DNA of 64,000 bases. Source: Malacoraja senta. Taxonomy: Eukaryota. The stretch is from the NCBI GenBank assembly GCA_038087875.1, contig CM075979.1, forward strand, positions 56,296,001 to 56,360,000. Direction: 5' to 3'. Shown here piece after piece: positions 36,701 to 48,700 of the stretch (within the stretch, counting starts at the first letter, position 1; every line of letters begins with the position of its first letter). Made by a program: the position numbers and the translations under genes. A model generated the notes under the pieces. That model did no database searches. It had not been told where the DNA came from and was given only the letters and a program-made list of their open reading frames with translations.

Positions 36701-39700
36701 CACATTATTTTACATTAATGATGGCGATATCATGGGTGCTCAGAGAACAGTTACCTCAGTTTTTGAATGTAAAAACAAGTAAGTTTTTTTAATGTGCTGC
36801 ACTGCTGGTAGATAATGTAATATTATCAGCAATATAACTCCTTACAATGACAATAGAAGATAACATTTCATATTAATTATCTCTATATTACTAAAACTCT
36901 CATCTTGTTTGTTTGTCCGTTTGTTTGCCCGTTTTGGTATTTGCGCAAAAACGGTACACGATAGCGCAACAATTTTTGGCCCACCTTACTCACCATTGTC
37001 CTGTGATGTAAATTAAACACATTTCGTTCAGATTGATCGTATATTTTACAAGTTATTGACATTTAATTTTTTTTTAAAAAGCAGTGCCCCCACTCGCCCG
37101 CCCCCATTTGCTCCGCCCCACTTGTCCAGCCCCCACTTGCTGTTTTACTTGACAGGCATCACAAAGGACACCCCACGGGTCCTCAATTTGCACAATTTCA
37201 GACTGCCATCTTTTTTTCACGTCACAACGGCGACCCAACAGCTCCACGGGTAAGTTTCCTTCTATTTTAATTTCTGCTACTCCCCCTCCCCCCGGGCTGG
37301 GGTTGGAGCCAGTGCGGGGACCGGGGGCATGGAGAGGCTGCGCTGGGTACCCTCGGCCTCTCCCTCCCCCTCTCCCTCTCCCCCCCCCTCTCCCTCTCCC
37401 TCCCCTGGCTCTAGAACGCTCACCATCCCCCCCCGACAGCCCCTGTCTGAAGCCCTCCCCCAGCTTCAGGACGCTCGTACTCCCCCCCCCCCCCCGACAG
37501 CCCCTGCCTCAAGTACAACTTCATTGCCGCTTTGCTGGAGAAAACGAGGCTGGCGGTGGTTTACATCGAAATCCTGGGGAGGTGAGGAGGGAGGGGGCAG
37601 GGGATTGGGGGAGTGGATGGAGTAGGGAGGGAGACGAGGGAGAGTGGTGGAGCAGGGGGATAGAGGGAGAAGAGGGGGGTAGGGAGGGGAGAGGGGTTAT
37701 GGAGGGAGGGAATGACAGGGTAGGGGAAAGGAGAGGAAGGGAGAGGTGAGGGAGGGAGTGGGGGAGGGGAGGAGGATAGGGGAAAGAAGAGGGAGGGTGA
37801 AGAGGAGGGGGAGGGAGTGCTGGGGATGAGGGGGAATAGAGGAGGATAGGGGTAGGAAGAGGGATGGCGAGGCGCAGTTGGGGGATGGTTGCCGTGATGA
37901 TGAGGCGCAGTTGGGGAGGGTTGCCGTGATTCGCATCACAATGGGGATCTCTAGCGTCACAAAGGGAAACCCTCAGCCACCCCTGCGCGGTTGGGGGCTA
38001 TGGGTGAGTGGTGGAATACTACGTTGGGGGAACGGGACCCGACGGGTCCCACTTGGTCTAGTAATATTATAAAGTTCTGATTTTACACATGTGGTGTTAT
38101 TTCCCAGTAATGATAAGTAAATTCCTTTTCAATTAAAATCTTCAATACTGGCTTATATAACATTCTTGTAATTTAATATTTAATCTTTGGAATTCAGAAA
38201 ATTTGAAAGGAGTAAGAAATGCTTTATACATTGCAAGCTATCAGGTCCTCCGGGGTAATCTCTGCGCAGATCGACCACCTGCAGCCCAGTCAGCAATCAT
38301 GGACGGTGGGCCTCAAGTAGGTGCTATGGTGCTGGTGACAATAGCACCACGGCATCTGAAGTATACCAGCACCTGCAGTTCCTTGTTACCATACCCATGA
38401 CGGTGTGGCTAAGTATAACACCACCTTGATCTTTAAGTTTGCTAGCGATCCAACTTTGTCGGTTTGAGCAACAACAACAATGAGACGAAGTACAGGAAAG
38501 AGATCGAGAAAAGACACAAAATGCTGGAGTAACTCAGCGGGACAGTGTCTGAAGAAGGGTCTCGACCCGAAACGTCACCCATTCCTTCTCTCCAGAGATG
38601 CTGCCTGTCCGGCTGAGTTACTCCAGCATTTTGTGTCTATCTTTGATTTAAACCAGCATCTGTAGTTCTTTCCTGCACAAAGAAATCAAGAATGTTATCT
38701 CATTGTGTCAATGTGTCAGGACAACAACCTAGCTCTTAGTGTCAGCTAGATGAAAGGTGATTGTTGACATCAGGAAGCGAGATGAATACAACCCTATCCT
38801 CAACCGAGTTGCTCGAGAGTTGACCAATGGCTTCACATTCCTAGGCATCCAAATCACCAACACCCAAACCTGGTTTCTTCACACTGTTGCAATGATCAAG
38901 AAAACACATCAGCATATTTAATTTTTAAGGCATCTAAAAAGATACGGTTTATCCATGAGGATTCTCTCAAGCTTCTATAGAGGCGCTCTAGAAAGTGTTC
39001 TGACAGGATGCTTTTCTGCCTGTTATGGCAACAGCTCTGCTCTTGACCGCCTGAACCTGCAGAGAGTTGTGGACAAAGCCCTGTCTATCCCAGGCTTGAT
39101 ACTTCCTTCCATCCTGTCCACCTTCACAGTGAGTTGCATCAGGTGGGCTGGCAGTATCGTCAAGGATGCCTACTACCCTGGACATTCCCTTTTCTCTCTT
39201 CTACTTTCTGGGAAAAGATGCAGGAACTTGGAAGCCTGTTTATCCAAACTTAGGAACAGCTTCTTCCCAACATATCAGACTGCTGCAATAGAATCATCTC
39301 TTTTACAGCCCCTTCCTGGAGGTACTACAACATACTATTGATGGCACCACTGTCTCCCCATCTCCTCAGGCACGCAACCTTGGCGTGATCTTTGACTCAA
39401 CTCTCTCCCTTGAGCCTCACATCCGCCATGTTGTCAAACATCATTTTTTCACCTCCGCAACATTGCCAAAATCAGATCCTCTCTCACACCCCCCGCTGCT
39501 GAAAGACTCATCCATGCCTTCATCTCCTCCCGACTGGACTACTGTAACGCTCTTCTCTTTGGCATCAATTCCAGCAACATCACCCAACTCCAACTGGTCC
39601 AGAATGCAGCCGCCCGACTCATTACCCACACCAAATCCTGGCACCACATCACCCCAGTTCTCAAANNNNNNNNNNNNNNNNNNNNNNNNNNNNNNNNNNN

Positions 39701-42700
39701 NNNNNNNNNNNNNNNNNNNNNNNNNNNNNNNNNNNNNNNNNNNNNNNNNNNNNNNNNNNNNNNNNNNNNNNNNNNNNNNNNNNNNNNNNNNNNNNNNNNN
39801 NNNNNNNNNNNNNNNNNNNNNNNNNNNNNNNNNNNNNNNNNNNNNNNNNNNNNNNNNNNNNNNNNATATTAAAACTGTGTCATTCTGTAATATGTTCAGT
39901 TATATACGTTCTGTAATACATTTTCACAGGTGGCATTTATAAAATATTTCCCTGTAGTTTAAAACAATGTAACAAAATAGTTAAATTATTGTGTTTCACG
40001 ATAGTATTGAGATGGAAGCAACTACCAGAGTAAAATTAAGCATTTAGAATAGTAAGATTAAATGAGAACTTACCAGTTTGAAGTTTGATCTTTATTTTAT
40101 GAGGAGTTACGATGAGCGATTACGTGAAGAAGGCCGTCAGCCCGCATGCGTGTCAATCTTCAAAGCAACGGTGTGAAATCACAGATAACAGTTGTTGAAC
40201 TGAACATAGTAAGATTTAGAGAAGACTAGAACTACCAGATGATCTTTATGATACGAGGGTCGGGAGCGGAGGGCACGTAATCGCTCATCGTAACTCCTCA
40301 TAAAATAAAGATCAACCTTCAAACTGGTAAGTTCTCGTTTAATCTTACTATTTTACTTCGGAGTCACGTGAGTGACTACATGAAGATTTTGAAGCTCTGT
40401 GATTTCATGCCATGAACACGAGTCCACACAACACAACTGCATCAGTTGACCACAGATGATTGAACATTAAAAAAGCATTCAGACATGACATAGAGTGAAA
40501 CATGCTGATGTTTTTAAATGTACAAATAATAATAATAGTAACCCCTTTAATCCAGGAGGAAACTATAAAACAGAACCTAATATAGGGTGGCAAATACCCT
40601 CGGTCTGGCAATGGGTTAGTTATCAAATGATTGGAAAGGTTTGTTCGTTAGACCATCCTGCAGCCGCTAGGATGTGGTCCAGCGGAACGTCCATAACCCT
40701 AGCTGCTGATGTTGTTGCAGCCCTGGTGGAGAGAGATTGAGACTGCCGGTGATCACTCCTGCACAAGCCAGACCCCGTTTTAACCACCTGGAGGTGGTCT
40801 GTACTGATATCTTTTTATGAGGTTTTATGTAACTAACAAACATAGCTAGTTCAGAGCCTCTAAGGCTCTTGGTGACCTTAACAAACTGTTGTAGATGTGT
40901 GACAACACACAACCGAAGGTCCATAGGGTATGCCAACCTCTAGTTTGAAACCTGATGCCCCTGGTCTGCTCTGCTTGCTAAGTCATAACATAAAATGTTA
41001 TAATCTGCAGATGTAACCATCTTGTCCAGTCATAGCTTATGCAACGACTGGATCCGTTGCGCTGTAACCAGCGCCATGAGCATAACCTCTTAGTAAGTGA
41101 GTTTGACCAAGGACAGGGATGTAGTTGGAGCCCATCGGCGAAGCAGCGTCAGCACAATGTCAACAACCCATATCTCTGAGTCCCTGGGCTTGAGAGATTT
41201 TGAGTTGAAGATACGTTTCATAAATCTGGCTATCTGTGGGTGAGATCCGACGGAGTGATGCCCTGATCCCAGCAACAAGTATGACGACAAGGCACTACTG
41301 GCACAAACTCTATCCCTCGTAAAAATTAGTTTAGAGAGGAATTGCAAAAATATCTGTTATACGTGTCGTGTCATACGTATGTTGTACTGTAAACAGAACA
41401 TTTCCCACTAATGATATGGGGGATGCACCATTTCTTGGTACTATCTCTCCAGGCCTCAGTGATCATGACCAACATACGACCAGACAGTCCGGGCCCTAGG
41501 TAAGGTCTTCTCAGACTCGGAATCAAAGATTTGATTTGAACATGCAGTGGATAAATCGATATTACCTTTTCGGTTTTAGTTTATGGAGGTAAATAACGAG
41601 ACCTAGTTACCAGTGTCTCTAACTCCAGGTCCCTTACCTTTGCTGGAGTTTCTCCACATGTTCGTCATTTCCATTAGATCGCTGATGCTGCGCCAACCTC
41701 TCTTGTAGTGGCTAGTTCATCCCCGACGGAGCAGCAATTTTAGAGGCAAAGCCCTCATGCGATTGTCGTACATTATGCATTAAGCATGGGATCCCGGCAC
41801 ATAGTCATATTCGGGTTCCTGTTTGGAGGTAATCCATACTAACCTTTGACACTCTTTTAGAGTGGGAGTAATTGCACCTGAACCAGGTGTACCATCCATA
41901 TCCTCAAATTGTCTGTGCAGGCTTCTGTACCAAGCATGTTTTGCGACACCATCTCCCATAGTCATTTGGATGGGAGGTAACACAAACCTTGAACCAAGGC
42001 AGCTGCAGGCATGTGTCTTGAACTGCCTGTGTATGCATCCGTGACAGGAGGCATAATATATATGGCTCCATCTTCATCCGTCCGAATGGGAGGACTTATG
42101 CAACCTTAACCAGGAGCTGCCTCGACCATCTTCATCCTTCATACATCCGAATGGGAGGACTTATGCAACCTGAACCAGGAGCTGCTGCCTGACATGCCTT
42201 AGGATGGAGCGTTCTTTGACTGCGACGAGACGCAATCTTGTCTGACATAGATGCTCAAGACTTGGCACTCACTCTGAGTTGGGGTTGTCAGGTTGCTTCC
42301 TTCAGCAGCCGCCAGGACTAGCTGAGCTAATCGATGCTCTGTTGGTATCTTCATTTACCAAACAGGCTGCACGTGCTAGTGACTCCGAGTCCTGCTCCTT
42401 TCCGATGTCAATGCAGTCTACAGGGAAGGACTGGAGCGCCTCTGGCCCCCATACGCCAGACATAGAGAGAGAAATGCTGGAAAAAAAACTGCCAGTTATT
42501 TGTCATGAGTGAAGACGTTTACATGAATGAAGACGCCCATCCCAGTTAAATCAGAGATTTGATCACTTTATTGATATGAAAAAAGTCGGCGTCTGGGGGA
42601 AGAATAGTAAGATTAAACGAGAACTTACCAGTTTGAAGTTTGATCTTTATTTTATGAGGAGTTACATTGGTGATTACGTGAAGAAGACCCGTCAGGGCGC

Positions 42701-45700
42701 CTGCGCGTTAATCTTCAAAGCAGCGGTGTGAAATCACAAACAACAATAACGAAGTAACATAGTAAAACAAGTAAATTTAGAACTTCCAGCTGACCTTTAT
42801 GAAAGAGGGTTGGGCGTGGTGGGCACGTAATCACCAACGTAACTCCTCATAAAATAAAGATCAAACTTCAAACTGGTAAGTTCTCATTTAATCTTACTAT
42901 TTTACTTCGGAGTCACGTGAGTGACTACGTGAAGATTTTAAAGCTTTGTGATTTCATGCCGCAGATACAAATCCCGGCTTCTCACTGCATTGATTGACTC
43001 GGAACGGGAAATAATCAATAATGCATTAATAATGACATTTGCATGACAAAATGCAGTAATTCATTTATTTTAATAATAGAATTAACAGTATCCCCTTTAA
43101 ACCAGGGGAAATTATGCAGAACTTAAAATAGTGTCTGCAAACAGCCCCGTATTGGCAATAGGCCGATGATAAAACTGTTGAAACACCAACTCATTGGACC
43201 ACCCGGCGGCTGCGAGAATATGGTCAACGGGGACGTCCTTCGCCCTGGCCGCCGACGTTGCTGCTGCCCTAGTCGAATGGGATGTAAAAACATCAGTGTT
43301 AATACCTGCAGCAATCAAGACTTGTTTTAACCATCTTGAAATAGTCTGTACTGAGACTCTCTTGTGTGTGATAAACAATCCAGTTTCCATATTTCGTAAG
43401 ACCCTTGTAGCCTCAATGTATTGTAACAAATATGTCTTAATACATAGACATGGATCCGTTGGATATGCTGATAAAACAATTCTGAATCCTGTCACACCTG
43501 GCCTACTTTGTTTGAGTAGGTCATAAATGTAAAACATAACATTATCTTGAGCTACTTCCATCCTGTCTATTTGTAACTTTTGTAATGTCTGCACTCGCTG
43601 TGCTGTTACTAATTCCATAAGCATGACCACTTTCATACTGAGTTTGGCCAAAGTCAAAGACATACCAGGAGACCATTCACGAAGTAGCTTAAGAACCACA
43701 CTTACATCCCAGATTGCCATGTACCTAGGCTTTGGAGGTCTGGAATTAAAAATTCCTTTCATCAATCTGGAAACGAGCGGATGAGACCCAATAGGATTTC
43801 CTTCCGACTCCATCAATAAATATGAGGACAATGCACTTCTGGCTGAATTAATTGCACTATAACTCAACCCCACATCGTAATAAAGTGTTCACAAAAACTC
43901 TAGAACATTTGAGATATCTGCCATACAATATTCAACATTCTTTTGTACACAGAACTTTTCCAATTTCTTTATATAAGAAATGTACTGCTTTTGAGTGCTC
44001 TTCCTCCAGGCATGTCCACAGTATGCCCAGACAGTCCTCGCCTGAGAAAAGGCCTTCTTAAAACCTGCAAATTAACAAATCCATACGATCATATAATGGA
44101 TGTTGTTCTCCTGTTACCAGATGCAGCAGTAAATCCCTTCTTTTCGGGACTTTCATCAAAGGCAGTGTCGTCAATTCTAATATCAAAGGAAACCATGGCT
44201 GTGTAGGCCAATCCGGTACCACCAGTACCCCGGAGGCGGTATCTTGCCTGATTTTAAGCAAACACCGACTAATGAGGCAGAATGGTGGAAATGCATACAA
44301 AAACATACCACCCCAATGTAGCGAGAAAGCATCAATCGCTACTGCACCTGGATCTGGTTCCTATGACACATATCTCGATAGCTGATGATTTAATCTAGAT
44401 GTGAGCAAGTCAATATCTGGCATTCCAAATCTGACTACTATGTCATTGAATACCTCGCAATTCAACATCCATTCTTTGTTATGGAATTTCCTTGACCTGG
44501 TGTCTGCTATAATATTCAATCTACCTGGTAGATAAATAGCTGAAATCCAAATATTCCTGTCAATACACCAAGACCAGATTTGATTAGCCAACTTACCACA
44601 AGACACTGACTTGATTCCACCCATGTGATTAATATATGCCACTGCTGTTGTATTTATCAATTTGAAGCTGAACATGCAGGTTAGTCGTGTTAGAGCAATA
44701 AGCTTGGAGTCCATAGAACCCTCCTAAAAGCTCTAAATAGTTGATTCCCCATGTCTGCAGAAACAATGCCTCTTCCATATTCCATCTGCCTCCGCAGCTG
44801 GATGCCAAATCAGTTGCACCCCATCCTAGTGCACTGACATCAGTTTGTAACACCATGGAAAGCTGTTTAATCAGTATTTTACTGAAACTACTTGAGACAT
44901 GTAGAATCCACCACTGCAAATCAGAAAGAGCATTTGTTGTTAACTGCATAGCTCTATCAAAATGGCCACCATGCATCCTCAGTGCCTGTTCTTTAGCTCC
45001 CTGTAGCTGTTGGTAATGTAATGGCCCATATTGTACTGCTGGAAAAGCTGCTACTAATTTCCCTAGCACACTGGCCACATGTCTAATTGAAGGTTTTCGC
45101 TCATTTAACAGCTTAATGCAACCATCAATCAACTCCACCCTTTTTTCACTGGGCAAAGTTACTACCATGTGAACTGAATCAATTGGGAAACTCAAATAAT
45201 CAATTGATGTAAGTGGTGTTAACCTTGATTTCTTTGGATGAATTAGAAAACCCAAACTTTCAAAAGTGGATTTAACAACTGAGACAGATAACTCAGCTAA
45301 CTCTTTTGTTCGTCCTATAATTAGGACATCATCCAGTTAAGCCATTACCACATGCCCCTGGCCTCTCAGCAGCCCCAGAATTGGTTTTTAACAATTTAGT
45401 GAATATTCTAGGAGCTGGTTAACCCATTAGGCAGAGCTTTGAACTGCCATAACTGGTTCATCCAGGTACATTTTAAATATTTTCTATCTTCCAAATGAAC
45501 AGACACTGAATAATATGCATCTTTTAAATCTATAGTTGCCATATAACATGCTTTTGAAATTAAGTTGTTTGGCAGTCACAAAAGTCTCCATTTTAAAGTG
45601 TCTAAATTGAACAAAAGGATTAAGACTTGTCAAGTCCAAAATAATCCTACATCCTCCATCCTTTTTAGGTCGGGGAAAAATATTAGACACAAATTGGTGG

Positions 45701-48700
45701 TTTTGATAAACCGACTTTTCAATAACTCCTTTATTACATAAGTTTTCAAGTTCAGCTTGAACCTCCATCACTTCTTTTTGTGAAAACTGGAGTGTTCTGC
45801 TAGGAACATGCTGGATGGGCAAATCATAATTTGGATCGAACTCAATTCGAAACCCTTGTATAATACTCAGAATAACAAAGTCTGAAGTAATCTGCTTCCA
45901 ACTTTTATAGAAGAGATGTAATCTGCCCCCAACTTTTGGCTGTACTGCCGTTAATATGTTCCCATGAGAACCAGGTCCACCTACCTCCTTAGTCACTTGA
46001 GTGACCTGTGGTCCCTGGCTTCTGGCGGGAAGACCCACGCTTGTTCGTGTTCCCGCTGCAGGACGCCAACTACGTCCCTGCGACGATGATCGACTTGTTC
46101 CTGGTGTAGGCCCAGGATCAGTATGACGTCTGAAAGGATACCTCCTCTTCACAGACTTGCCAACCATCGGTGTTTTGATCAACCCGGCTGTTTTTGCCTC
46201 ATCATCCAACTCCTTCACGCGTCTCGTGAGGTCTTCTCCGAAGAGTAAGTTGGGTAGCTGCACATTACTGGGCTTGCAGAGTGCTGCGAATTTGGGATTG
46301 ATGGTGGGAACGAATGGCACACTTCCTCAAACAATTGATCTCGAAGTGGGCGCTACATAGCAACCCTAGTGCCTCTTGATGCAAATCCGTCATCTGCTGG
46401 CCTCTATCCATTGTTCTGGCAAATGCAGTTATTCCAGAACCCAGCAGCTTCAATATTCTCTGCAGCTTTATTTCTTGGGCTCTCATGCCCACGCCCATCT
46501 GACCCCATATCACTTGGTTTACTGCTGGTGCTTTCAGCAATACGCAGTTCCTCGGGGTCTCGTGCATTTTGGCAGTTTCATCCATCGTAAGCTGCTCCAG
46601 CTGATGAGATACCAAGTAGTTGATCGTGGAGGCCAACTCTTCTCCCAGTGGCTCTCCTGACCCTGACGGGGCAGCGAATCGTACTGCCAGAGGTGGAACC
46701 TCTGGCAGCTGCCGTTCTTCGCTTGAATCGGCCTCACCGTCAGAGTCGGGGTCAGAACTCTGCTGACCCTGTGCACGCGCCTCATCAATGAGGGTGCTCT
46801 CAACCAGCCCTTTGCTAGGTGCTGCTGACCTGGCTTCTGGAGCCTGGCTTTGGCTACACTCTTCCCCGAGTGTGCTTTTCTCCAGTAGCCTGTGTAACAG
46901 GCTCTCAATTTGCGAAATCCGCTCAAAAGCGGTATCCAGCCCTGGAGTCTAATCCTCCTGATCGGACTCCTCCTCCATGGGCCTGACGGACTTGTACTTA
47001 GCCTTGCGCCCCACGGGCGCTGACTGTGTTCTTTTAAGACCCAAGTCCACAGTCGCTACGCTCCCAGCCGGAGACTGTACAGGGGTCTGAGGCAGCTCTT
47101 CGCCGACCGCAATCTCGCGATTTTCCACCGGCTTTGCCGCTCGCCTCTTCCCCATGCCCGTTTTTTCCATGGCGCCTGTGGAAAAAATCCCCACAAACCC
47201 ACAGCAAATGAAAAAGCTTTTACTTACCTTGTAGTTCAAACTACATTTCCACTAGAGGAGCGCTGCTGCTCACGTCCGTTCGCGCCAATGCGTCTGACGT
47301 AATGACGCGCAGGCGCCCTGACGAGCCTTCTTCACATAGTCACTCACGTGACTCCGAAGTAAAATCTTCCATAGTCCCTTTAATGAGCGGAATTACCATG
47401 ACGCCACCATGTGTGCTCGCACAGGTGACTGATAGGTATAGCTGAACAAGGCTTTCCAAGCCAGGGATCTATAACGCCATGGCAAGTCCGATTCCACTAC
47501 ACAATTTATTGGTGTGTGATAAATACTATAGCTTGTAATTTCTCTCTATTAACACAACTAAATTGGCATGATGATACATATTATGATACCAAGAACAAAC
47601 CCCTGAACTGATAAATTAGTCAGAGGATACCAGCATAATGGTGCCCACCCTGTATAGCCATACTTTTTTAAAGAATACACTATACCTGCTACTGCCATTG
47701 GAGGTGTTTATCTAGTAACGTGAAGGGAAATCTGCCCCCCCGAGTATTCTGGAACCTTACTGATGAATTGCAGTATGTGCCATGGACATACTTCCGGGGT
47801 AGGAGACAGTCACACATTGACCTTTCGTACTCCTCTCCACAGAGAGGGAGATTAGTGAGCAGCCCTGTGCACAGGCGCTGCCGTAGGCCCCCGTGGACCT
47901 GCGCTGATATGGTCCACCATATCAGGATGGGTTAAACGTCCATGGACGTACCCTAGTAGTCGGAGGGGAACCCTCCTGGCCAGGCTCCGTATGGTTGCCT
48001 ACCTTTTGGGCTGCCGAAGTAGGAGTCGCTGACCGCACTGTCAATGACTCGGGTAGCAAACCCGACGGCCACCCGCTACCCGCTTTCCCGCGGTCCGTAG
48101 CCGGCATCCCCGCGGTCCATAATAGGTTTCCCCGCGGTCCGTCCGGGTTTGGCCGCGTATACTATATCCCACAGGAAAACTCTGCGAAGAGAGATTCCTG
48201 TAACAAAAGGACAACCTGAAAAGTAAGTTTGAAAACTTACCTGTAGGATTTGAAACTTACCGCTGGTGGAGCGACGAGCCGCCAGCCAGTCGTTGAGCAA
48301 TGCGGTAGACGTAATGACGCGCATGCGGGCTGACGGCCTTCTTCACGTAGTCACTCACGTGACTCCGAAGTGAAATCTGAACATTGAAGCTATTCTTACA
48401 TGTATATTTCACTAATTATTTACCATACATTGTGACCTAGATCCCAGCCCTCCTGCCAGTATCTACATTGATAATGCAGATGTTTGGGAAAACACAATCA
48501 TTGTACACTGGGAGCCACCATTGGAAGGATGTGATGAATACAACCTTCAAATACAGATGAGCAATAAAAGCAGTGAAATAAAACAGTATTCGGTGATAAA
48601 TGCAACACTGTTTCAATTTGATTTCATGATTCCTGGAGCTACATATGACATTGAGGTGATGGCAGTAAGAAGTGGAATGAGAAGCAAGTCAAAATGTATC

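Larger units (their letters stand above)
42603..47365 (-). mobile_element. DIRS copy C (inner, full length, mutated) nested in copy B
   Basis: Own ITR variant CGTCAGGGCGCCTGCGCG at both ends, ICR 42824-42935, all coding blocks present. The Tyr of RT YLDD is mutated to TAA at 45337-45339. Confidence 0.95.
40048..48376 (-). mobile_element. DIRS copy B (outer, non-autonomous, ~3.57 kb without the nested copy)
   Basis: 3' terminus and ICR at 40048-40387. ITR variant GAAGAAGGCCGTCAGCCCGCATGCG matches only the end at 48315-48376. YR remnants ~40565-41515; Gag N-terminal remnants ~47800-48150. Confidence 0.9.

Noticed and set aside
37303-37960. Pro-, Gly- and Glu-rich ORFs
   Set aside because: Translations of low-complexity tracts inside the Helitron.
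41858-42185. Repeat-spacer pattern beside a recombinase, superficially CRISPR- or integron-like
   Set aside because: Repeats are degenerate, spacing is irregular, there are no cas genes, and the context is a eukaryotic retrotransposon.
41520-42600. Possible captured foreign cargo in DIRS copy B
   Set aside because: The edges still show faint similarity to the MT end and Gag of copy A, so decayed element sequence is the simpler explanation; no credible ORF.
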